A DNA stretch of 64,000 nt from Pseudomonadota bacterium (GTDB lineage: Bacteria > Pseudomonadota > Gammaproteobacteria > Burkholderiales > JABEVD01): the NCBI GenBank assembly GCA_021802545.1, contig JAJZRS010000003.1, positions 10,284-74,283 on the forward strand, written 5' to 3'. The translations under genes and the position numbers were made by a program. Within the stretch, counting starts at the first letter, position 1; the number at the start of each line of letters is the position of its first letter. The notes under the pieces are model-generated. The model was not told where the DNA came from, did no database searches, and worked only from the letters and a program-made list of their open reading frames with translations. Of the stretch, positions 17,272-25,970 are shown in pieces.

Positions 17272-19059
17272 CTAGAAATTCCGTTGATAAAGGTATTGTG
17301 CACACCCATCGATGTTTTTCCCACACACCGGCCTGATTCCTCGCTTCGCAAGCAATCTCATGGTGTGCGATGCCGAGGTACCAGCCGACTCTGCGAGATC
17401 CCGGCTAAGGACGTAATTGGTTCTGAATCGCAGAATTTCCGCTTGTGTGATCAAGGTCGCATTTGCCGATGCGCCCATTTTGACGGCCTTCAGAATTCCC
17501 TTTCGTACGAAGTGATAGGCGGCCTCCTGTTTGATACCGAGTTCCACCGCAACCTGGGGGATGGTCAGGGCGCCGTTCCTCGCCTGTTGGGTCTGTTCGC
17601 CACACCATGTTTTTAGGCGATCATGCTCGAATACCCAGCCAGGTATTCCGGGCTGACCGGGGGAAATGGCAACCGGCATGATTTCACGATTTTTTACGGC
17701 CCGTATCAGGGCAGGGAACAGAAAATCTTCCAGTAGCCAAAACCGTAGGGCGTGATCCATGCCGACTATCGTGGTCGAGATATCCTCAGGTGTCGGCATG
17801 CCTTCACCGATCGAGAGGATTTCTTTGATCGACTTCAATGAGATTCCCCATATGCCCCCGGTTTTTCGCAGTTCCGTGTAGGCGTGGACGACATGGGATT
17901 TCAGCAGTTGGGTCATCCTGGTTTTCTTGATGTTCAGGATGGCGGATGCTTTCGTATGATCGACCATGTCATCCAATATTTCCTGGATGCCAGGTAGAAA
18001 TGCGCGATCGATGCACATCATGCGCTTGTTCGATTCCATCCGCCGTACGTGTACGTTGATCATGCCCGCGTCATACATCGATTCGAGATGCTGGCGCGTA
18101 GTCCCAAGCTGCTTGGCGGCCTGGTTCAGCGGCAGCCATACACCGCTGGATACTCCTTCGGGGGAGATGCGCTTGTTGCGTCGGGTCAAGGGAACCAGCC
18201 AGTTGTTCGAAATGTGGCTCTCGAAGGCCTCGCGGATGAAATCGAATTTTTTGCTGCTCATGCGACTACTGAATACGTAGGAATAGAAAACCCCGTATTC
18301 CCTGGCAAGCAGTCTGTTGCCCTCTGGTGATGCATTGACTCTCCTGAGGTTGTCGAGCATCAGGTAGAAGTTTCCCGGCCAATGGGTGATGATTTCGGCG
18401 GCAATTTTGGTGAGTCTTGCTGCGACCTCGATGTTGGACAGGTTCAGGATCTTTTGCGACACCTTCACTTCATCAGCATGCCCAAAAGTTCCGAACGCAT
18501 GAGTCATTTGGCACAGCTGCTCAAGGTTGAGATGTCTCGTCAGGGAGATCGAGTGTGGCTTAGTTTCGTCGATCTTTGAAAGAATCGCCGCAGCGAGGCT
18601 GATTTCAGCACCATTCGCTTTGTCGGCGGTTGCGCCGACTAGATGCGCACCGCAATCGCAGGCAAGCAGGCTGCCGCGCTTCCAGGTAAGACGCTTGCCG
18701 CAGTCAGTGCATACTTCTACCAGGCGATTTCCGTGTTCAGGGCAAACGGTGAAATATTTGCACTCCCATTCGATTTTCCATGTCGGGGAGTTTTCCAAGC
18801 ATTGAGGGCAGTAACGGCTGTTGTGCAGGTTCCACGGCTGGATGTGGGCCAGCCAGGGTGATCGAAGCTGGGGGATGAGCTGCTTGAGTGGCCGCGAGGT
18901 GCTGAGCCCCAGCCATTGAACCAGCTGTCTGATCGAGATCTTATTTTGTCCCAGCAGAAAATTGATGCTGCCGTATCCATTACCCTCGGCCAGCCTGAAA
19001 AGATACCCCTGAAGTCCCTCCCCATAGGCGGGGAGGGGACGATACGGTAATTTGCTCAT
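17272..19059 (-). CDS. tniQ: TniQ/TnsD-family target selector with C-terminal HTH repeats
   Basis: PAYGEGLQGYLFRLAEGN N-terminus, CPQC..CPEH..CTDC..CDC Zn ligands; follows tnsC; RBS GAGGGGG. Confidence 0.88.
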   Translation of the reverse strand: MSKLPYRPLPAYGEGLQGYLFRLAEGNGYGSINFLLGQNKISIRQLVQWLGLSTSRPLKQLIPQLRSPWLAHIQPWNLHNSRYCPQCLENSPTWKIEWECKYFTVCPEHGNRLVEVCTDCGKRLTWKRGSLLACDCGAHLVGATADKANGAEISLAAAILSKIDETKPHSISLTRHLNLEQLCQMTHAFGTFGHADEVKVSQKILNLSNIEVAARLTKIAAEIITHWPGNFYLMLDNLRRVNASPEGNRLLAREYGVFYSYVFSSRMSSKKFDFIREAFESHISNNWLVPLTRRNKRISPEGVSSGVWLPLNQAAKQLGTTRQHLESMYDAGMINVHVRRMESNKRMMCIDRAFLPGIQEILDDMVDHTKASAILNIKKTRMTQLLKSHVVHAYTELRKTGGIWGISLKSIKEILSIGEGMPTPEDISTTIVGMDHALRFWLLEDFLFPALIRAVKNREIMPVAISPGQPGIPGWVFEHDRLKTWCGEQTQQARNGALTIPQVAVELGIKQEAAYHFVRKGILKAVKMGASANATLITQAEILRFRTNYVLSRDLAESAGTSASHTMRLLAKRGIRPVCGKNIDGCAQYLYQRNF

Positions 19060-19075
19060 GATCGCCCCCTCTGCT

Positions 19076-20041
19076 TCACGCTGCCTTGATTCGGCTTGTC
19101 CCCCAGGACGGGGCTGAGTTAATCAAAGCGAAGGGCTCGCCAGGGCGGTTCAGGTATCGAAGCTTATCCTGGTCGGCTGTGAACGGATTGAGTTCCCGTG
19201 GAGCCTCGCGCCACACTTCCTCCTCGAAGGCTTCAGCAAAACCAAGTTCGTCCAGGCGTGAGTAACCATGCCGGTGCGCCTGCATGACTGCGCCATCCAC
19301 GATCTTCCCGACATAATCGATCAAACCGTGGCTCGCGTAATGGAATCGCTGTGCGATTTCAGGGTGGCTCAACGAAATCGATGGCAGCGGCAGGCTTTTT
19401 TCGATGGCGCTTAAAAGCCCTCGAAACTGCTGGATTTCTCCGGGGCTGCTGAAGCCGAACGGCCGCAAGTAATGTCTCGAGGAGAAGCGCCTGGCGAGCT
19501 GCACGTTGAGGCGCAGTACCTGGTCGCTGTAGGGGAGGCCAATCAGCACCACGGGAATCCCGGCCTTGTTGAGCATGTTCTTGAGCCAGTCGGTGACGCG
19601 CCCAATCTCATGCCGCCGGCCATTCTCGAAGAACTGCTGGAACTCATCGATGATGATGAGTTCAACCCTGCACAGTTTGAGCAGATGATAGATGCGCTGC
19701 GTCTTCTGCTCGGCAGTACCCTTGTAGCTCAGCGAATCCCCTAGCTCGATCAGGAAGGCTTCTGCCAGGTTTTTTGCCGTTGGTGCGCTCGGCGTTTCAA
19801 CGCAAAGAACGGGTATCCTGGTCCTGTCGGATTCGCGCTGTTGCGGGTACCTGGCAGCATATTCCTTTTTGACCGTCGTTTTTCCCGATCCGGAATACCC
19901 TGTGATCAGCAGCCCGCCCGCGTAGCCTGAAGCCTTGGCCCGTTGGTGCAGTAGCTGGATCCTGTCCAAAGCGTCCAGGTGAATCGGGTACTGGATGGCC
20001 TGCTTGCGGCAGGAATAGTTCAGTAATGGGTTGGATGTCAT
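19076..20041 (-). CDS. tnsC: TnsC/TniB AAA+ ATPase
   Basis: Walker A GYSGSGKT, Walker B IIIDEFQ, QLARRF arginine finger. Confidence 0.9.
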   Translation of the reverse strand: MTSNPLLNYSCRKQAIQYPIHLDALDRIQLLHQRAKASGYAGGLLITGYSGSGKTTVKKEYAARYPQQRESDRTRIPVLCVETPSAPTAKNLAEAFLIELGDSLSYKGTAEQKTQRIYHLLKLCRVELIIIDEFQQFFENGRRHEIGRVTDWLKNMLNKAGIPVVLIGLPYSDQVLRLNVQLARRFSSRHYLRPFGFSSPGEIQQFRGLLSAIEKSLPLPSISLSHPEIAQRFHYASHGLIDYVGKIVDGAVMQAHRHGYSRLDELGFAEAFEEEVWREAPRELNPFTADQDKLRYLNRPGEPFALINSAPSWGTSRIKAA

Positions 20042-20050
20042 GTTTGCCTC

Positions 20051-22018
20051 CTAGTTGTGGCTACCGTAGAGCGTGTTCTTGCTCACAGAGAAGTCCGGGA
20101 GATCCTGATCGGCAATCACCGAAAGAACCGGCTGTACAGAGGGTTGGGGGAGGGCCGTGGATTTCGGGGTGAGGCCATCAGGGGTCACGCTGTCGATCTT
20201 GCGAAGCTTCGCAGCCTTTTTGCGCACGCCCATCTTCTTGTGCGCGACCGCAACGTCGATGATTGCCTGCAGCTGGCGCTTCTTCTCCAGAATCAGCGCT
20301 CGATCCATGTAGTCCTTCGCTTCGTTTCGTAGCGCCTGACGGACCAATTCATGCTGATCGAGGGTCAGCCCAACCGCGTATTCCTGGTCGATCGCGGGAA
20401 CCTTGAGATAGACCTTCTCATCGGGATCGAAGGCGTGAATGAAGGATATGTCATCCTCGTGATACTTCAACGCCAACTTGAGGTTGCTGCCATGACGGCG
20501 ATAAAGAGACTGAAGCTCGGGACAGTTGTACTTCAGTCCGTTTATCTCGATGCCATACCTGAATAGCGTCCGCTCGGCCGTATGCGCCGTGATGATCCAC
20601 AATTGCTCGGGATTGGATGGGTACTCAATCAGGCGTTCCCGCTCGCCTTTCTCCCACTTCAAGGCCGGAGGTATTCCGATTCCACGATGGATTTCCTGGT
20701 GGTAAATTTCCACGACCCATTTATACAGTAGGCCGAGGAGGGTTTTGAAACCGATGCATGCCATCGTCTCCGATTCATAATCGCCCCGTTCCCAGACGTT
20801 TGAAAATGTCGCGCCGGGCAAGCGATGGATCAGATCTTGGCTGATTGTCCTGAAGAACCGCTCGATCGAACCCTTGTACTCGGGGAGCTTCGCCGGACAG
20901 AACTGGATTTGGACATTGAGTTCCTGGCATGCCTTGATCAATGAATGCGAATGCAGCTCCATGCCGTTGTCGCAGACAATTACCTCAGGAATCCCTCTCG
21001 CAGGCCAAGGAAAGGTGATGTCTGGGTACTGCTTCAATAGCTCGTCTTTGGGAAGGATTGCCTGTCTGAGGCATTGCAGGACTGAATACGCTGACGGATT
21101 GCCGAAGCTTACAAAGATCCCCATGATCATCCGGCTGTTCTTGTCGAGAATGGCCGTCAACCACGGGCGCCCATGGGGCATTTTTGTCGCTTCATCGTAG
21201 ACGATGAAATCAAGCGGCGTGTGGTCGATCTCCCATCGTTCCAGGATGTGGTCAGCTTTCTGTACCCCAAGAACGGCTCTGAATTTTCTGTTTGCTGCTG
21301 GTCGACCAAGGCGTGCTGCATCTACCGCATATCTCTCGAGTTTATTCAGATATCGGTAGACCGTAGGTCTGGAAGGAATTCGATATATGTTTATTTTGTC
21401 CGGGTTTCGTCGTTGAAGCTCCAGGAGCTTCCTGCAGACTTCGTCATAAACAGCTTTCCCGGGATGCTTTTGTTGGTTGAGGTAAACTTGATCGATACTT
21501 TCGTCTATGACCGCGATAACTTCATTCGACCATGTGATTTTGCGCCCCTTGGATTCATGCCTATCTGCCAGATCGACTACACTTCGGGTTCTTCGATACC
21601 GGCGGTACCATCGATACACTGAAATTGGGCTGGGCGGCATTTGATCCCCAATTTCTTCAGCGATGGCGATGATTCGCTTCTTTAAGGCATCATGGGTCGA
21701 AACCAATTCATCTTCTTCAATCAGCAGCCGGTTAAGATAATCTTGTCGACGACATGCCCCTTCCTGTACTACCACGGGAAAAGATGCAAGGTCGCGCCGA
21801 ATTTTGCTCTCGATAATTGGGCCGTCAGCCTGGTCTTCTGGATTTATGCGCCATGATCCTTGGGCGCAGCCGACAAGAATTTCCGTTTCAGAAGCGTTGA
21901 TGATTTCCCCATCATCCGCTTCGAGCTGCAACGACCCATTCATCAGCCGACGCTCAATGGTGAGGATGCGTGCACCATGTTGAAAGCGTAGTCCCTTTTT
22001 AAACATGAAGCGCATCAT
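20051..22018 (-). CDS. tnsB: TnsB DDE transposase
   Basis: HTH domains, WEIDHT, VCDNG, KGSIERFF catalytic triad, Mu-like C-terminal barrel. Confidence 0.92.
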   Translation of the reverse strand: MMRFMFKKGLRFQHGARILTIERRLMNGSLQLEADDGEIINASETEILVGCAQGSWRINPEDQADGPIIESKIRRDLASFPVVVQEGACRRQDYLNRLLIEEDELVSTHDALKKRIIAIAEEIGDQMPPSPISVYRWYRRYRRTRSVVDLADRHESKGRKITWSNEVIAVIDESIDQVYLNQQKHPGKAVYDEVCRKLLELQRRNPDKINIYRIPSRPTVYRYLNKLERYAVDAARLGRPAANRKFRAVLGVQKADHILERWEIDHTPLDFIVYDEATKMPHGRPWLTAILDKNSRMIMGIFVSFGNPSAYSVLQCLRQAILPKDELLKQYPDITFPWPARGIPEVIVCDNGMELHSHSLIKACQELNVQIQFCPAKLPEYKGSIERFFRTISQDLIHRLPGATFSNVWERGDYESETMACIGFKTLLGLLYKWVVEIYHQEIHRGIGIPPALKWEKGERERLIEYPSNPEQLWIITAHTAERTLFRYGIEINGLKYNCPELQSLYRRHGSNLKLALKYHEDDISFIHAFDPDEKVYLKVPAIDQEYAVGLTLDQHELVRQALRNEAKDYMDRALILEKKRQLQAIIDVAVAHKKMGVRKKAAKLRKIDSVTPDGLTPKSTALPQPSVQPVLSVIADQDLPDFSVSKNTLYGSHN

Positions 22019-22641
22019 GGCTGTCTCCCTGGGAATTGGTAAGTGATTTCCGTTGTAATCGTGATGGGGGTGTCAAGGTTGCATGATATGTAGCCAGCAG
22101 CTAAAAGCCGCAGAACGATTTTCATATCACCCAAAACAAATGTCGCGCCTCCAACAGTTCTTGCAGGAAGCAACACTAATTGCTGCATTGCATCAAGCAA
22201 ATCCTGCTCGTCGTGGATCTTGGGAAGATGGTAAGCAAGGCGGCGGAGGTTTTTCAGACGAGTTTTCTTGCGGAGTTCGCGCTCCGTCAATATTTGGTAC
22301 CAGATATCGGTTTTTTCATCGTAGTGTTTCTTGATGGCGGCATAGCGTTCGGCGATCTCTGGCTTTTCGAGTTTCTTGGCGGGCTTCACCTCTATATGGC
22401 TGATTAACCCATCCGTAAATTCTGCTTCAAAATCGGGTATACAGTATTTGTTGGCGCCATTCATGCTAAAGGTTGTGCGAGTTGGTTGTGCTTTGTATCG
22501 CACCACTTCTCGAGAAAACTCCAGCAAAAGAATCGCGTCTCTTTCGAGGGTCGACTCCCAGGGAACCATTGCCCGCATTTTCCGTGAAGGGAAGTACCCC
22601 CTGATGCTCCGGCCTGAGCGTGTGACAACTTTACGTACCAT
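22015..22641 (-). CDS. tnsA: TnsA endonuclease
   Basis: GYFPSRKM, WESTLERD, PDF...IEVKP PD-(D/E)xK; ATG 22641 with RBS GAGGAG; ATGA overlap with tnsB. Confidence 0.88.
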   Translation of the reverse strand: MVRKVVTRSGRSIRGYFPSRKMRAMVPWESTLERDAILLLEFSREVVRYKAQPTRTTFSMNGANKYCIPDFEAEFTDGLISHIEVKPAKKLEKPEIAERYAAIKKHYDEKTDIWYQILTERELRKKTRLKNLRRLAYHLPKIHDEQDLLDAMQQLVLLPARTVGGATFVLGDMKIVLRLLAAGYISCNLDTPITITTEITYQFPGRQP

Positions 22642-22818
22642 GTCTCTTCTCCTCTGTTTTTCCAGAATCGGGGTAACAGTTACCCGCGACCCATAATTGA
22701 TGAATCGAATTTGCCAATTGTTGGGCATAAAAACGCCCCTTGCGGGTAATTTCGGCCGCAATTTGGCAAGGTGAATCCGGAATAGGGTTGACTGCCGGAG
22801 CGAGATGAGAGGATACTT

Positions 22819-22886
22819 CCGTTGTCTAGGCGGTTCTCACCAACGGTACAATGTACGGGGCAGGCCCTGTGTGGTTTGTCCTTTTA
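22819..22886 (+). ncRNA. candidate small RNA antisense to the XRE-tnsA spacer
   Basis: TTGACT(22788)-N18-GATACT(22812) promoter-like; stem CCGTTG/CAACGG; GU-rich terminator stem GGGGCAGGCC/GGTTTGTCCT then TTT that pairs only on the + strand. Confidence 0.4.
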
Positions 22887-23306
22887 CATTTGTGCCCCCT
22901 CTGGTAGTTTTTCAGGAATACCCCGGCTTTCGGCCGGGGCCGCTATATTCAATGACAGCACCTCGTTAATCATCCGGATCTGCGCCGGATGAAGACTGTC
23001 TATCTCACTCCAAAGTTTATGTATCATCCGATAAACATCTGTTGCCGTATCTTCTGGCAGCACATATCGTCGCTGAGACTCTTCCACTGCTTGAAGTAAC
23101 GCAGTTTGTTCGTTCTCATCGAGGCGTAGTGCCTGAATAAGCCTGGTAACGAATTCATCGTTTGGCGGTCCTTTTCGCCCTATCTCTAGTCCTGAAACAT
23201 AGGCTTGCTCATAGCCCATCAGGCTCGCCAATTTTTTCTGGCTAACCCGAAAACGTCTACGCAGATCATGAAAATACACTGAGAATGGACTCAAGGCGGA
23301 AACCAA
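22884..23306 (-). CDS. XRE-family HTH regulator
   Basis: SQKKLASLMGYEQAYVSGLEIG HTH; start may be TTG 23294 (MSPFS). Confidence 0.85.
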   Translation of the reverse strand: MVSALSPFSVYFHDLRRRFRVSQKKLASLMGYEQAYVSGLEIGRKGPPNDEFVTRLIQALRLDENEQTALLQAVEESQRRYVLPEDTATDVYRMIHKLWSEIDSLHPAQIRMINEVLSLNIAAPAESRGIPEKLPEGAQM

Positions 23307-23589
23307 TTTTTACTTGAAATTAATGCTTCCAATATAAGTCATCTTTCGGCAACGCACAAGCATAATATGCATAATAAACAGCAACATACGAACACTTATA
23401 CTTGAAGTGTAAATGTGCATGTTCGTGATTTTTGAATGTGGATCAGAGGGATATGTTAGGAAGAATTCTATTGGGAAATGATGCATTATTCAGCCGAGGC
23501 ATACGTCTCAAATCGGTCGCAACAGTCGGTCGTCTATGTTGGCTTTGGTGTCCGGTTGAGGTCACAAGTAGACATCTAACGACTAGAAC

Positions 23590-24108
23590 CTAGACCTGTC
23601 CGATTTGCCGCAATAGTTCTTCATTTTCTCGTCTTCGCTTGGCATTCAGATCTGGCTTTGACGGTATTGATGCAATGGATGCGACGTAGTCGGCCGGGAA
23701 GCCGTGATATCGCGCCCCTGCAATAACGAGTTCCTTGTACCAGTCGTAAGGGACTAGAGTCGAATCGATATGGGTGGATTGAGCGACATAGACATATGGG
23801 AGGTATGTTTTCCCATCAAGTTGCAACTGCATGAGTTGCTCTCTATATCCGTTGCCCGTCCCCTCTGCCTTATCAAGTGCGTTTTTTTCGCGGGCATCAA
23901 TCTCATAAAGGACGCCATGCATCTTATGGTGTTGCCCTTGCTCCGAGTAGATAAGGCACTTACCTGAACCATCGACGCTACGCTTGTGAAACGCCAGAAA
24001 AAACCCTGGTATTTCAACAACGCTGACAATGCGTGCCGAAGGTACCCGAGCAGTAAGCCTTAGTGGATGGAGATTGGAACCGTAAGCGAGATAGAAGACA
24101 GCGGGCAT
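23590..24108 (-). CDS. gamma-glutamylcyclotransferase (GGCT/AIG2-like) family protein
   Basis: YLAYGSNL, GVLYEI, LDKAEG, PYDWYK motifs. Confidence 0.85.
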   Translation of the reverse strand: MPAVFYLAYGSNLHPLRLTARVPSARIVSVVEIPGFFLAFHKRSVDGSGKCLIYSEQGQHHKMHGVLYEIDAREKNALDKAEGTGNGYREQLMQLQLDGKTYLPYVYVAQSTHIDSTLVPYDWYKELVIAGARYHGFPADYVASIASIPSKPDLNAKRRRENEELLRQIGQV

Positions 24109-24155
24109 GGCAGGTCTACCAGCGTCTAAAATCTAGGCAATATAGATCGGCAAGG

Positions 24156-25919
24156 TCACGGAAATTCATCAGCTTCGTCGTCAGCCATCTCATGGTTGTT
24201 TGGCCTATTAATGTGTTTGTCAATCTCAATATTGACCTGTCCAATGAATTCCTGAAGCTCTGCCCTTATTGGTTCGTACAGATCAGAACTAAGTAATCCG
24301 AACGGTTTTTCCAAAGTTACCTTGTTTCCGTTGATCGTCAGCCCAGGGTCCTCTTCAACCGTCAGTATGAGCTGCTGGTCGGTAGGGGTTCGATTGAGGA
24401 TGAATTTCAGAATCCGCTCAAGATTTTCCTTGTCCTGAGCCTGCTGATTCGGCGAGTCGACCACAATCGGGAAGAGCTTCCCATCACCCTTTTCCTTAGC
24501 CGTATGAATGATGGCGTATTGGTATGCCAATATCGCACGGGGAAGAGAACTGCCGGTTCCCTTCACTGTCGCGTCTGGGCGTTCTTTGATATCATCACCT
24601 AGCTCCTGCAACGATGACAGCTCAGAGCCGAATAACTGAATTCGTTCCGAGTAGTAATCATTGATGGCTTTCGCGCGCTCGGGTGCGTAGTACTGCGCCA
24701 CCTTGGCCTTCAATTCAACGATTTCGTCATCTCGGCGTTCGATGTTCTTCCGCAACGTCGCAATATCGCTGGAAAACACGGATCGCACGACTTCGGCGCT
24801 TTGACTTTCCACGACGTCTCGAAGCTTGAGGGATCCCTTCTTGGTTTGAAGTGCTTTCTCTATATCTCGTTCTCGATTCCTGAGTTGGCTAATCTTGGTT
24901 TGAACAGTGGTCAGTTCCTTTTCTACCTTTTGTAGGTCAGCTTCCAACTCAGCCGTGATCCCGCGCAGCGTCACTGCGTCCTCGACGAGCTCAAATCGCA
25001 CCGGGAAGGCATTTTCGTGCTCATCGCCGCATGTGGGACAAATTATTTTGCCATCCGGCTGTGTCTCGGTCAGATACTTCAGGTCGCCCTCAATCTCCCG
25101 GAGGGAGGTTTTGGCCATTTGAATCTGTGCGGTCAAAGACAGCTTTGCTGTACCAAGAGAGAAAGCTTTTGCCCGTAAAATCTCCTGATCCTTTTGTAAT
25201 GCCGAAGCATCCCGCAGGAGGTCATTTATTTCCTGTCGGAATACATTCTGATCGATATGGACTGATGCTTTCGGTAGAGCCTTTTTGACTCGATTCATGG
25301 CAGTCTGCACCGCACCGAGTTCTTGCTCCAGTTCCTTCCTTTCCGCTTTTGAACGCGACCAGTTCAACTTGGCCAGAAAGTATTCGTTTGGCCGCTGACC
25401 CGTTACATAGGAGATCAGCATTTTCTTCCACGCCCCGTGAAACTGCGACAGCTTATCAAAGGAGTTCCAGGCCTTCTGCCAGCCACCGTCCTGGTCGATG
25501 TAGTAGGGTAGAAAAAGGTAAGGAGGAGTCGCTTGCCGGAGTTGATCTTGGTGGGTCTGCAACTGCAACCGAAAGTCGAACAGGCTGGCGATGATGCCTG
25601 TCCAGTCCTTATAGCTTATCGTGGCCGTGATCTCGCCTATCTGTGTATTCTTCAGTGCATATGCATTTGCCCGCCGATACGCTAGATAGTCGATTCCGTC
25701 ACATTCAAACGACAAAACAGAAAGCGCCTGGGGGTCCCACTTATCTGACTTACCGAGGATCTCACACCCCAATGTCTGGAAGATGTGCTTCACCAGTGTC
25801 GACTTCCCCGTGCGATTCTTGCCGACCAGCAGTGTCATTTGTGGATGGAAGTTGATGCTGAATGCTTCCCTGCTTTGCTCTGATACAAGCCAGAGCTTTT
25901 TGTATCGCAAACGTTTCAT
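24156..25919 (-). CDS. lmuB: SMC/Rad50-like ATPase, Lamassu LmuB-type
   Basis: Walker A GKNRTGKS, YIDQD Q-loop, coiled coils with CPTC hook, GSSLPRAILAY signature, Walker B IVVDSP. Confidence 0.8.
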   Translation of the reverse strand: MKRLRYKKLWLVSEQSREAFSINFHPQMTLLVGKNRTGKSTLVKHIFQTLGCEILGKSDKWDPQALSVLSFECDGIDYLAYRRANAYALKNTQIGEITATISYKDWTGIIASLFDFRLQLQTHQDQLRQATPPYLFLPYYIDQDGGWQKAWNSFDKLSQFHGAWKKMLISYVTGQRPNEYFLAKLNWSRSKAERKELEQELGAVQTAMNRVKKALPKASVHIDQNVFRQEINDLLRDASALQKDQEILRAKAFSLGTAKLSLTAQIQMAKTSLREIEGDLKYLTETQPDGKIICPTCGDEHENAFPVRFELVEDAVTLRGITAELEADLQKVEKELTTVQTKISQLRNRERDIEKALQTKKGSLKLRDVVESQSAEVVRSVFSSDIATLRKNIERRDDEIVELKAKVAQYYAPERAKAINDYYSERIQLFGSELSSLQELGDDIKERPDATVKGTGSSLPRAILAYQYAIIHTAKEKGDGKLFPIVVDSPNQQAQDKENLERILKFILNRTPTDQQLILTVEEDPGLTINGNKVTLEKPFGLLSSDLYEPIRAELQEFIGQVNIEIDKHINRPNNHEMADDEADEFP

Positions 25920-25970
25920 GTTTGCCCTTTCTTAGATTTCTGGCCAGACGAATGGTGTTTGAAAGCTTGC

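Noticed and set aside
22642-22761. 40-aa N-terminal extension of TnsA in the ORF track
   Set aside because: Strong RBS and family-like start at ATG 22641; the extension overlaps the structured leader
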